Positions 34,725-47,094 of a stretch of 61,776 nt of DNA are shown in pieces. This DNA comes from Octopus bimaculoides (taxonomy: Eukaryota): the NCBI RefSeq assembly GCF_001194135.2, contig NC_068997.1, forward strand, positions 41,957,126 through 42,018,901. The letters are read 5' to 3'. The notes beneath the pieces are model-generated. The model ran no database searches, was not told the DNA's origin, and saw nothing but the letters and a program-made list of their open reading frames with translations. The first letter of the stretch is position 1. Every line of letters starts with the position of its first letter. Both the position numbers and the translations under genes were made by a program.

Positions 34725-36985
34725 CACTACCAAACAGATTCAAGTATTTCAATATATATTGCTGTTGTTAGTTTTGGAATCAGCAGAAAAAATGGGGGTT
34801 TTTTTTTTGTTTATCAATCCAATTTTTTTCTGCTGATTCCAAAAACGAAATTATTTTTTGTGTATCATCAACAGTTATAAAAATATGTCGACTTTCAATG
34901 TTATTATATATTCGGTATTGTTATAATGTTCCGCTACTAAATCTATGTCTAATTTTGTCTTTCAGACCAATTACTAAGTTCTGCTACTTTCAGGATGGCT
35001 ACTAGAGTATGTAAAAATTCTCCAGATACATTTTGCTATGTGTGTGGTTATTATATTGGAAAAAAGTAGGTATTATATAAGATCGTGAAAGGTGCCAAAT
35101 TGTGGATAACGTACAGACTCTATTTCAGAATGCCCATGGGTGACCAGGACAAACCATGGGCCCCACATGTGATATGTGGAAGCTGTCGATCTACTCTAGA
35201 AGGATGGTTAAGAGGTACAGGAAGGTCAATGCCTTTTGCCATTCCAAGGGTATGGAAAGAGCCAAAGAACCATCATGACGACTGTTACTTTTGTATGATC
35301 GATGTGACAAAGTACAGAAAAGTGAAAGGAAGACAAGCTCTTCAGTATCCAGACATACCATCATCTAGAGCCCCTGTCCCACATGATGACAGTTTACGAG
35401 TACCACTACCACCAGAAAATATTTCATCTGAAGAGTCAACAAGTAGCAGCAGCCAAGAAATGGAGGAAGCTTTCGTACCAAGAACGACTTTGGAGCCTCA
35501 CTTTCCAAACCAGAGTGAGCTAGATGATTTAATCAGGGATCTGGGTCTCACTAAGTCAGGAGCTGAACTTCTTTCATCAAGGTTGAAGGAATGGAATCTA
35601 CTGGGGGAAGACTGAAAGACATCTGTATACCGGAAACGCCATGAAGAATTTGAAATTTACGATGAAAATGTTAATGATCTGTGTTATTGTAAAGATGTGA
35701 TTGGTTTGTTTACTGCTATTGGACTCAAGCACGATTCTGCAGAATGGTGACTGTTCATAGATAGCACAACACAAAGTCTCAAAGCAGTGTTGCTTCACAA
35801 TGGAAATAAATATCCTTCTTTGCCTCTTGCACACTCCACACAGAAGAAAGAAAATTACGATAATGTCAAAGAACTGCTCGACAAAATAAATTACGCTGAG
35901 TTCAAGAGGGATGTTTGTGGTGATTTCAAGATGTTTGCCTTCTTGCTTGGCTTGCAAGGGGGATACACAAAGTATTCATGTTTCCTTTGCTTATGGGACA
36001 GCAGAGCTGATGATGGTCATTACAAGAGAGTACATTGGCCTCCACGAATGGAATTGCAGCCAGGAATGTTAAATGTTCTCAAACAGCCTCTAGTGGATTC
36101 CAACAAAATCTTATTACCCCCACTTCATATCAAACTCGGATTGGTAAAACAGTTTGGGAAGGCCTTAGATTTTAGAGGAGAAGCTTTTCAAGAAATTTGT
36201 CTTATGTTTCCAAAGCTATCTGAGGCTAAGATTAAGGGTGGCATATTTGTTGGGCCCGAAGTAAATGTAATGTTAAAGTCTAAGAAACTGGAAAGAGCAA
36301 TGACAAAAGTTGAAAAAGAAGCTTGGTGTGCATTTCGTGATGTAGTTCATGGATTCCGAGGAAATCCCAAGGATCCTATTTACAAACAGCCGGTAACAAA
36401 GCTTATTGAAAACTTCAAGAAAATGGGTTGTTGTATGTCCTTAAAGGTTAATTTTTTGCACTCTCACCTAGATTTTCCCCCGAAAACATGGGTGATGTCA
36501 GTGAGGAGCATGGTGAGAGATTTCATTAGGACATCGCAACTATGGAAAAAGATACCAAGGACGATGGGATACTGCTATGATGGGAGATTATATATGGTCT
36601 CGGTCAGAAGAGATGAAGGTATACACTCCAGAAAATCTCGATCGCCAAAGCACTTCTCATCTTAAGAAAAGAGTTATCAAGGCATTTACAGTGCAGAGTT
36701 TTATTGTTTCTTTTTGTTCTAACTAATATTATACTTCCTAAATACCTTTCAATATATGAAAAAGTACTAAATGTTGTGTAATTATCCTTACAATACTAGA
36801 ATAGATTGAACCAACAAAGTGCTGTAGAGAAAAGTTACAACTATAAAAAGCAAATATGAAATTAGGAATAAATAAATAACTATCGATGTTACGTCAAAAC
36901 GAATGTGATTTTTGAATTTAGTGGCAAAAAAATGCATATATGAACATTAAAAAATACAAATAAACAAAACATGTGTTACATTGTG
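34725..36985 (+). mobile_element. Chapaev3-type (CMC superfamily) DNA transposon; transposase pseudogene ~34995-36665
   Basis: MATRVCKNSPDTFCYVCG, GDQDKPWAPHVICGSC, FAIPRVWKEPKNHHDDCYFC, ELDDLIRDLGLTKSGAELLSSRLKEWNLL, LFIDS..SLKAVLLHNGN, GDFKM..LLGLQGGYTKYSCFLCLWDSR, LPPLHIKLG, GIFVGP; few stops or frameshifts. Right end ...CATGTGTTACATTGTG; left boundary uncertain. Confidence 0.9.
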
Positions 36986-37326
36986 TAATCAACAACTTCA
37001 ATATTGATTTCACGTAATCAACAGTAATTAACATTAACAAATCATAAATAAAATAATTATTTATTCTTATTTGTTGGAGTTCATTATTTTATAATTATGC
37101 TAAAATACTATTCTATTTGGGTTAACAACCTTATCGAAATTCATTCCGGTCAAAAACTGCAGCTCTTTTCGTTTCTTGACTGCAGTGTTTATGAAAGGAC
37201 ATGTTCAACCCTTCTCGTCACTTGAAACTGAAGGAAAGGAAGAAAGGAGAAGATTCCAGAGAATCAAGGAGCTGAGATATCAATTCGGTAAACCATTCTT
37301 GGGCGGAAGGAAACCCTTATCTCTAC

Positions 37327-37393
<67 letters not shown>

Positions 37394-37889
37394 ATTGAGA
37401 TAACTAAACGAATGAATATATGGCTTCTCGTGTGGAATGTTTATCACAATCACGCTGCAGAGTGTTGAGTTGCCAGATGATGGAACACACTCATAGAAAA
37501 CACACACACACACACACATACACATACCTCTTCGGAACAGCAGCCATTGAGAATAACAACTGAATAAATACACACCAAGAGTCCATGTAGTCTTGGAGAA
37601 TATTAGTAATCCAAATAGTTTTTGTTTTTCTTTTACAAAAGTTCCAGAGATTCAAGTGCTGTGAGAAGCTCTGTTTAGACTAACTCCACAATATAATTTA
37701 AGATATCAAGGGGATAAATTCAACTAACGTGGGAAGAATATCTTTTATTGGATCCTAGTAATGGTGGTGGTGGTGGTGGTGGTGGCTGTGGCGGCGGCGA
37801 TGTTGTGTGTCATAGGTGTGATGTGTAAGGGAAGAACTGGATGGTTTTAGTTTTGATGGCGGCAGGAGCATTGACGATATTGAAGGGGC

Positions 37890-37973
<84 letters not shown>
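37890..37973. repeat. (GTT)n microsatellite
   Basis: Perfect trinucleotide run. Confidence 0.97.
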
Positions 37974-38540
37974 CTATCACCAGATCAGCTTTGATCATGG
38001 AAACCTATTGAATAGAAATCAGCGGTCATATTAGGGTGCGCAATTCACATCGATTTTTCCATACAAGTATATCAAATACAATACAATATAAATTCTTGAT
38101 TTAATTAAAATCCTCTCCGTCTCTTGTGGGTGTCATAATTACCAAATGATAATTAAGACCAGTTTCAAATGAAAAGGGGAGATAATCTCTCGAGAATTCT
38201 CTAATGTTGCTATGTCATTAAAGAAAAGAACAGGCTTGTTGTATGGAGATTAGAGGACTGTCATGGACACGTGTTTCTGCTTCTATAGGCATCGTCAGCA
38301 CAACAATCGTCTAACTTTATCTGCATCGTTCGACCTGTATTGAAATCGCGACCGTTTTGACTTCTTTTCTGACGTTAAATTTAGGGCTATCTGATTTGAA
38401 TTTTTATCTTATATTATTCTATGCGTTCCTGCGGTTTTTGTCTATTTTGTCTGTGTGTTACGCTTACACTGAGGGAGGTAATAACTAGAATGGAGAAATA
38501 TATTTAAAGAGGGAGAAGGGAAGACTACGAGAGAGAGAGA

Positions 38541-38580
<40 letters not shown>

Positions 38581-38790
38581 AAGGAGGGAGGAAGAAGGTC
38601 TACATTATTCTGCATTTATATGCCGGGACACCGCCATTATTATCTATTTACTTATTTATTCATTTTGGTTATTCGGTTATTTGGTTTAGATGTTTGTCGG
38701 TATTATGAGAGTAGACAACTACGGAAGGAAATGTAGATATGCTAGTTGATAAGCCGGCTAGTTCATATAATACAAGAGTATTATTAATTT

Positions 38791-38946
38791 CAGCGTGGAA
38801 GGTGTTTATAAACCATTTAAAAACATACAAAAACCGTTAGATTCACTTCAACATTTAAATTTAGATTTAAATTTAAATTTAAAAGTTGAAGTGAATCTAA
38901 CGGTATTTGTGTGTTTTTAAATGGCTTATAAACACCTTCCACGCTG
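38791..38946. mobile_element. Near-perfect palindromic MITE/hairpin (156 bp)
   Basis: CAGCGTGGAAGGTGTTTATAAACCATTTAAAAAC...CCGTTAGATTCACTTCAAC pairs with GTTGAAGTGAATCTAACGG...GTTTTTAAATGGCTTATAAACACCTTCCACGCTG. Confidence 0.9.
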
Positions 38947-39624
38947 CAATTGTTTTTGTTTTGGCACACGATCTCAGATCAGGGCACTTGCTATGCAAGT
39001 ACATCTCTGTAATATTAATTTATTGTAACATTAAAACATGAGAGGAAGAGAGAGATAGAGCGACAGAAAGAGAGAAACAGAGAGACAGAGAGAAACACGG
39101 GGCAAAAATATAAATAGATGGATAGATAGATAGATAGAGAGAGAGAGAGNNNNNNNNNNNNNNNNNNNNNNNNNNNNNNNNNNNNNNNNNNNNNNNNNNN
39201 NNNNNNNNNNNNNNNNNNNNNNNNNNNNNNNNNNNNNNNNNNNNNNNNNNNNNNNNNNNNNNNNNNNNGGAGAGAAAAAGGGTGAAAGTAATATGGAGAT
39301 TTTAGCCAAGAAGAGGGAGGGGAGAAGAAAGCCTATCAAGACGAAGCAAAGTTGTGACGTCAGTGCTTCTTTAGTTATCACATTCTCCCTGCCCCTCCCT
39401 CACCCCTCCCTCACCCCCCTCTCTCTCTCTTTCTCTCTCTTTCTTCCTCTCTCTGCGTTTGAAGTATTTTCATATTGTATCTTAGTGCATACAATTACTA
39501 TTTTACTACAAGAACTGAAAAATGCTAAGATCTTCCGTATACATGTGTATACAATTATGTATATCAATATGTATGTATGCCAGTAAGGCGGCGAGCTGGC
39601 AGTCGTTAGTATGCCAGGTCGAGA

Positions 39625-39925
39625 TGTTACTTCTCCACGTAGGTCACAGCTCCGGTACTACGGTCATGTGATTAGAATGTCACAGGAAAGAATCGCAAGG
39701 TGAATTCTTCAAGTCGAGCCAACCACCAGTAGTCCTAGCGGTAGACGAAGAACGAGATGGTTGGATAATATCCCTCGATTTAGAAGATCACGCTTAGGAA
39801 TGCAGCCGGAAAGTCTGGTGTCGGTTGCCTCTGAATGGACCCTTTGGAAGAGGTGCCTGAGGACTCTACAAGAAGAAGAAGAAGGAGAATGGATGGATGG
39901 ATGGATGGATGGATGGATGGATGGA
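39625..39925 (+). mobile_element. RTE LINE 3' end with (GGAT)n tail
   Basis: QLRYYGHVIRMSQERIAR*IL...RRRTRWLDNI...LGMQPESLVSVASEWTLWKR (partly frameshifted); tail at 39891-39925. Confidence 0.8.
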
Positions 39926-40138
39926 TTTATTTCAAATTTTGGCACAAGGCCAGCAATTTCGACGGAAGGGGTAAGTCAATTACATTGGTCCCAGTTTTCA
40001 ACTGGTACTTATTTTATCGACCCCGAAAGGACGAAAGGCAAAGTCGACCTCGGCGGAATTTGAACTCAGAACGTAAAGACGGACGAAATGCGGCTGAGCA
40101 TTTCACCCAGCGTGCTAACGATTCTGCCAGCTCGCTGC
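39926..40138 (-). mobile_element. SINE family B inserted at the (GGAT)n tail
   Basis: Full body and head; GATGGAT on both flanks as a possible TSD. Confidence 0.9.
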
Positions 40139-40657
40139 CTTTGATGGATATAATATTAAAAGGAATCTAGTAGATTAAAAGAATTCTAGTAGATTGTCCA
40201 TTCTTGTGCAATACAAATTGTCATACAGTATTATAGGATTTTAAAAACAATTTCAGCCCTAAAATCGAGACGCGTAGAAAAGAGAGTGAAAAGTAGAGTT
40301 AGTCGGAACGTGGGTTAAGTTGAAAAACTTTCGTCGTTTTTAAGCAAAAGCATATTTAAATAATTTAATTTAAATAATTACTGGTAAGAACTGTGTTGCC
40401 ATCTTGTGAAATTTTTTCATACTACCTTTTAGCCATAACAAGTCAATGAAGCTTTTCAAACGTACTAAAATTTTTGTATTTTTCCCATCTTAAGCAAAAT
40501 CATTTATTTATTGGAAACTTTTAGTTTTAGTAAATACTGTACTCAGGAATGAAAACTTTTGTGTCAGTTAGTTAATAGGAAGTAATCGAAACGAGGCAGC
40601 AAATAATTTCTCTATTTCATTTTGTATTGGTCACGTGGCATATTTTCGTAGTCGTTA

Positions 40658-42740
40658 CTAAATGGGTATATAGTTGATATTGAGAAGGTTTAATAGGAAC
40701 ACGTTCCTACTAAATCTTACGAGCCAGAGTAAATGCGAAGATATGTTGTGGATTAATAAACCTTCTTTATTGATGGCAAACCAAAATGACATGGAACTTA
40801 GAGTTGAAGGTACCTGATAGAATACATCATTGGAACGAAAACAGAAATGATGCCGATATAATGCTTGAATTCTTATAATTACTGGTGTGTTCCAGAATGC
40901 CTTGTAATATGTTTTCAGTGAGGGACAATTTGGAACTTTTAGACTTGGGTGGCATAAACTTTCTTTTTCCAGAACCTCTTTAAACTTCTTCTGAATGTGT
41001 TTATTGACTGAGCTTGTTGTACACATGTATATCTATAGAAAAATATTAAGAAGTAGATTTATCAATACAAAATAAGCGCCTCTGTGAAATGTGTTCCGAC
41101 TAACCCCAAAGCATTTTACATGAGCTCTTATGTTTAAGTTCAATTGCGAATTTATAGATATTTCACTTCATTTATATTACTAAGGCACTCTCCAATGAAA
41201 ATGTATATAACACAATCCCGTTTATTGTTTTCTATAAATCTGTGATTATGCGTCTCCTTTACTAATAAATGAACAATAATTAAGGTTATCAGTTATACCC
41301 TTTCATAGGTAGTTAATTTGTGCTCTATGGAATAACGCCAATCTACTACTCAAACCTACTACCATAGACAAGAGCTTTTCAAAGTTTTTTTCTCACTGAC
41401 ATCATTCCATTTCATAAGGTGAGGCTCTAAGTTAGATAAAAGCTTGGAAGCTCCTTGTTAAAATATTACATCACTAAAATCGAAACGTTTTACAGTTATT
41501 TTTAAGACTTTATAGATGTGGTCTTAAACTTTTAACTTGTCTAGCTCATGCTTAAATCCGGCATTACTTCCTACATGGAAAAGGGTGGTGAAAATACGAA
41601 CGCAGATACGGCATAAATGTGTGGAATCAATTTTTTAAAAACTTTATTTCTCTAAAGGAGTTGTTGACACTGTAAATAGACCAGTTCCCTTCTATTGTTA
41701 TCACAAGAGCTTAAAATGTGTGGTGATAGGTTATAAAATTTGTAGTGTTTTTTTTTTTGTATATAGATTTTGGAATCTAATTATAGTACACAAACAACTT
41801 AAACATTATGAAACCTAGCTTTTAATAAGTAATTGCTGTTTAAGAAATGTTTAAACGCTAGAAGAAAACTTGACAGTTGCGAAGTCGAAGTTATAAATTT
41901 TCTCTTTTATGAGAAACAAAACGAAATGGTTTTGTCGTTAGAATATTCTTGTGAGTAAATAAAAATATGTTTGTAAAAATAAACAACAAAATCATTTAAA
42001 AGAAATTCTTCAGTATCCGAGGAATCCAGTCTTACGTACATTGTTAAGTTCCCTGTCATTCTTGATTTATTTGTTCATAGCATGTACTTATTTTCAAAAA
42101 ATATGTCTCCTTTTTTGTATTCTGCTGGAGTGACTTGCTTTATAAAAGAAACTAGCCATCCCATAATTCCGTAATCTTTTTGATCTAAATCATGTTCAAT
42201 GTGTTTCGAGTTAGATTTGGCAGGATGGTTATGTTTCTTGGCCCTTTTATTGGCAAATTTTAGCTCTGCAAATTTAAATTTTCTACCGCGTGTCTGGGAC
42301 CTCGTTCGTGGACCTTTTCTTTTTGTTCCTTTTAATCCACTCTTCATTTTGTCAATTTCTTTTGATTTATATTAGAAATTGATATTTTCGTCGAAATTCT
42401 GTTGTAGAAAAAAAGCTAAAATTACTTTCAACATGTAAGTAGCAAGAATAATTATAACCTTTTTTATTATGATTTTGCCTGACGTCATAGATAGTTTTCT
42501 GCGTCATAAAACAGAAAGACACCGGTTCTTATGTACTTACCTTTGAATCCATACTTATGAAATTTTAATTTTACCCTAATGAAAAATTCGTCATCGAATG
42601 CCTGCACCACACAGTCAATGAGGGTAATTTGGGACATGATTATTGTTAGTTGAAAACTATTATGGCTATGAATTGAAATATGATTATGAATAATACTATT
42701 AATATCAATATTGATTTCTAACACAAACACGGACACACAA
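40658..42740 (-). pseudogene. Decayed coding relic of unknown identity
   Basis: Successive protein-like frames linked by stops and frameshifts (MSQITLIDCVVQAF..., MKSGLKGTKRKGPR...DYGIMGWLVSFIK..., MTGNLTMYVRLDSSDTEEFLLNDF..., SKLLSNLEPHLMKWND..., KEVLEKESLCHPSLKVP...). No family recognised. Confidence 0.35.
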
Positions 42741-43237
42741 ATTGGGATAGGATTGTAATCAATTAAATCAATACGAGTACATATCTGGTACTTATTTTAT
42801 CGATCTCGGAAGAATAAAAAAGCATAACGGATCTCGTGGGATTAACTCTGTATATAAAGAGTCGACTTGTAACTATATAACAAAATAGTATTTTGTTTGA
42901 ATAAATGTTTAAGATATTTTTAACGATTATTAAATATTTATATCAAAACTACATTTCAATTGATTTGATCGATGATAGTGACCCAGTGTTTTATTCCTGG
43001 ATTGGATTTGAACCAAATTCTACCGTGTCTTGGGAATTTCAAATCTGCAATATCAGTACTGTATTTAAAACTAACACCACATATCACAGTTTCCTCACCA
43101 AAGTTAAACCAATCCAAGAATAACTAGAATATAACGCCTGTGTTGGTAACATGCAATTCATTTGCAAAAGATCCTATAAAAAGAAAATTGTATGGTTCCT
43201 AAATGTCGAAATAAAGTAACATCGAAATGTCGTAATA

Positions 43238-43454
43238 TTAGGTTGTCCGGAAAGTTCGTGCCGATTTTTAAAGGTCAATAAATACTTGCCATTACATTTT
43301 TAATCAACCAAATATGAACCATTTTGCTGCACAATGCGTCTCCATCTTTCCTTTAACTTGAAAATACCCTCTTCTCAGAATTGAAATGGTTTCATGGCAA
43401 ATAAGTCGAAAGGTAAGCTAATATAAATCGGCACGAACTTTCCGGACAACCCAA
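43238..43454 (-). mobile_element. Mariner-derived MITE (217 bp)
   Basis: 30-bp TIRs TTAGGTTGTCCGGAAAGTTCGTGCCGATTT with 1 mismatch, TA TSDs; retains the transposase C-terminus EEGIFKLKERWRRIVQQNGSYLVD*. Confidence 0.95.
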
Positions 43455-43959
43455 TAAAAGGAGAAATATTTAAGTCAGAAATGGTTGAACATATATTCTT
43501 TCTGTTATCTTTTACTTGTTTTAGTCATTGGAATGCGTTTTTGGTTATATTCCCAGAAATTTTTCATCGCTGGTTTGACTCTCTCAAACTATAATAATAT
43601 AGATTCAAGGACATGAATTCAAAACAAATTGAAACACGAAGCACTATATCTTGTCTATATGAATTTTTTTCCTTTGTGTCTTGAATCATCCAAATAATTA
43701 GGTGTCTGGAGATTTTTGAATTGTTCTTGGTGAGACTAAAGAAAGTTGTGAAGAATGAGAATAATGTTAGCACAATTGGCCGGAAATTTCTGACAAGGTT
43801 CGTAATAAAAACATTTGTGTTGTGGTTCTGAATTGGCCCAATAACATCCACAAAACCACACCCAGCTACAAATACATATAGTACCACACTTGCGTGTGTG
43901 TGTATACATGTGCAATATAACTAGTAGTACACGCTATTTTTACCTCGTTTTTGCTGATC

Positions 43960-43960
43960 A

Positions 43961-44017
<57 letters not shown>

Positions 44018-44055
44018 CCGACGATGACGATGACGACGATGACGAAGATGACGAC
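43960..44055. repeat. (GAT)n/(GAC)n microsatellite
   Basis: Trinucleotide run; source of the poly-D and poly-S ORFs. Confidence 0.95.
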
Positions 44056-44177
44056 AATTATGCGGCCTTCGACATCTATCCAAAAAGGATTTTCAACCCA
44101 ATATTTACATGCTATTATTTATTTATAGCTTTATGTGTGTGCTTCGAGTTATTCCCCACCATCTAAAAAATTAGTTC

Positions 44178-44227
<50 letters not shown>

Positions 44228-44731
44228 NNNNNNNNNNNNNNNNNNNNNNNNNNNNNNNNNNNNNNNNNNNNNNNNNNNNNNNNNNNNNNNNNNNNNNNNN
44301 NNNNNNNNNNNNNNNNNNNNNNNNNNNNNNNNNNNNNNNNNNNNNNNNNNNNNNNNNNNNNNNNNNNNNNNNNNNNNNNNNNNNNNNNNNNNNNNNNNNN
44401 NNNNNNNNNNNNNNNNNNNNNNNNNNNNNNNNNNNNNNNNNNNNNNNNNNNNNNNNNNNNNNNNNNNNNNNNNNNNNNNNNNNNNNNNNNNNNNNNNNNN
44501 NNNNNNNNNNNNNNNNNNNNNNNNNNNNNNNNNNNNNNNNNNNNNNNNNNNNNNNNNNNNNNNNNNNNNNNNNNNNNNNNNNNNNNNNNNNNNNNNNNNN
44601 NNNNNNNNNNNNNNNNNNNNNNNNNNNNNNNNNNNNNNNNNNNNNNNNNNNNNNNNNNNNNNNNNNNNNNNNNNNNNNNNNNNNNNNNNNNNNNNNNNNN
44701 NNNNNNNNNNNNNNNNNNNNNNNNNNNNNNN

Positions 44732-45114
44732 GCCCTGAACGGGATTGGTTCTCAAACGACAAGTGACCATTCCTAAAGCGTGAAAACTACTCGTAAACTT
44801 GTTTTGCTCATGGCAGCGTCCTTGTAAGCTGTTTGAAGTATGACAACTGTTTCGGCCGCCGTTTTTCCTAGCAGAAAACAGAATTTCACGGAAGCACGAT
44901 ATTCCTCCGTTTCAGCCATCGCAAAAACCGACGAGCAGGGGAGAAGCACTGCCAAACAAAGACGCACCACGTGCCAGTACGACGTCAAAAGACGATGCCG
45001 GTCGGCAGACTGATGCCTGAGTGTTGCATCAAGTGGCTTCTAGCAGCGGAAGCCTGAAATACAACGGGCTTGTCCCACAGAGAACGTTTCCGGTTACTTT
45101 TGAGTACCCCCTCT
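44732..45114 (-). mobile_element. Mariner 5' end (rest lost in the gap)
   Basis: MAETEEYRASVKFCFLLGKTAAETVVILQTAYKDAAMSKT / WFS..NG.LSFENQSRSG; TIR-like AGAGGGGGTACTCAAAAGTAACCGG next to TA. Confidence 0.88.
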
Positions 45115-45231
45115 TACATACATACATACATGCATACATACATGCATACATACATACAGATAGACAGATAGACAGACATACATACATGCATACATACGTA
45201 CGAAGTACGTATGCATGTATGTATGTACGTT

Positions 45232-45715
45232 CTTCTCTGTTTTTAATTATTTAAATTCTTCCTTTAAAGAAGGAGCTGGTTTCTAACAAACATACAAAGC
45301 TCCACCATTGGAATGGAGTTAATGAAAACAATATCACATTCTAAACCTGAGGAAAGTCTTGCATAGTTTTGCTGTTCCGCTTACAGATTGTATTTGTAAT
45401 ATGCAAATCAGTTAGCTGATTCCTTCTTCTGAAAATACAACTTTATCGAGATTAGCAGTTAGGCATTTACTTACCAAACCAACTGCACCATTTATTATTG
45501 ATATAAATGTAAATTTGTAATCTGGATAGAGAAACTGAAGGTTTCGAAGCAGTTGTCCATAGTTACCTTTCTCTTTGATTTTCAAAGAGATACTCACGTC
45601 GACAGAACAGCTGACCTGTATGCCGATACATACTTTTTCTTGTCTGTCCCGAACAACAATATCCGGCCTGTTATGCTTATACTTGACAGATGTTTTTGAT
45701 GGGGACGTTCCACCA
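45232..45715 (-). mobile_element. R4/Dong-type RLE LINE, short 5'-truncated copy
   Basis: WWNVPIKTSVKYKHNRPDIVV...QVSCSVDVSISLKIKEK-GNYGQLLRNLQFLYPDYKF (PD..D/E.K RLE); 3' UTR homologous to 56490-56672; TATG repeats on both flanks. Confidence 0.88.
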
Positions 45716-46324
45716 GTATGTATGTATGTATGTATGTATGTATGTATGTATGTATGTATGCATGTATGTATGTATTATGTATGTATGTAAGTTTGTTTAT
45801 GTGTGTAACTGTCAGTTATTCAGACCCTACAAAACGAATGCCTACAAAGCCATATTTATTATTATTATTCACCATCTCACAAGAAAATTTTATATTACAT
45901 TTATTTTGAGAAATGACAGACAAATCTCTCTCAAGTCACACCCAACTCTATCAAAAAAAGTAGGCGGGAAAACACGATAAGTTTATAAAAAGTAGCAGTG
46001 GGAAAAAGAAGAAAAACGGGAAGTTAAAAAAGAGTGTTAGTTGAAGGAAAGAAACATTCTAAATTTCGATGCCACAATGCGTATGAAGTTTGTCTGATCT
46101 GAAACTCTGTGGTTATCTGCTTCCTTCAGTTTCTCTAAGTTTTCTTTGTCTCCCTCTTTTGTTTCCAAATTTTCATACTCATTTCTCCCTATCTTTTTGC
46201 TTGTGACTCACTCCCCTATTAGGTATCTCGTTCTCTCATAAAGTGTCACATTCTCACTCACTACCTCTGAGAGGTAAAGTGGTAATATAGTCATATATGT
46301 AAAGCGTAGGGCTACATCACTGCA

Positions 46325-46545
46325 CCAGCCAGACTATCGGATGTTCATACATACCACTTGCGCTTCTAATTCTTTCTTGACTGCTCACTTCTTTTCCATC
46401 TGGACACATCTCTTCCCATCGTCGTGGAGGCCTTCGGAGTGACCTTTTCCGATCTCTTGGATTCCGCTCAGTAACTGCACGAGTCCACCTGTTGTCTGAG
46501 AATCTTGCATCATGTCCAGCCCAGCAGAACTTGTGATTTCCATAT
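46325..46545 (-). mobile_element. RTE LINE 3' fragment
   Basis: KFCWAGHDARFSDNRWTRAVTE.NPRDRKRS..RPPRRWEE. Confidence 0.85.

Positions 46546-46546
<1 letters not shown>

Positions 46547-46633
<87 letters not shown>
46547..46633. repeat. (CA)n microsatellite
   Basis: Long perfect dinucleotide run. Confidence 0.97.
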
Positions 46634-46637
<4 letters not shown>

Positions 46638-47094
46638 TCGCACACACAGATACACACACACTCATGCACCTAGACACACACACCAATTCACATACACAAA
46701 CACTCACATGCAATATACACACACATACACACACTCACGCACAATCTTTTTAATACACCTGTTTTCAATTATTTCATCTGAGTTCTGTCACTTGAATATT
46801 GCTAAATTATGCAAAAATATATGCATAATATAGCAATATTCATGAGATTGAATTCAGATGAAACAATTGTAAATTGATGTAATAAAAGGACTTGTTCGTG
46901 CCATTCTCCTTGTAAAAACTTTGTGGATGTTAGGTGATTTCCTGGCATGTGTGAAATAAAAGAAACAATCTCCGGATTACTGTCAATGAGGTTAATAGTG
47001 TAAACTCCAGAGTTAACACCCGAAGCAAATGACTATATATGCGCACACACACAAATGCATGCACAGTACACACACACACACACACACACACAAA

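Noticed and set aside
37140-37300. Candidate host exon with acceptor-like sites on either strand
   Set aside because: The minus strand has stops in all frames; the plus-strand frame has only weak splice sites, no recognisable protein and no partner exon.
42075-42200. GW-x14-KxDIFF spacing resembling a methyl-CpG-binding domain
   Set aside because: The key arginines and SPxG motif are absent and a stop follows; too weak to call.
43564-43887. 107-aa minus ORF with NVFITNL, loosely like GPCR TM2
   Set aside because: No D after NL, no DRY motif, no further helices and no supporting exons; hydrophobic frames are common in AT-rich DNA.
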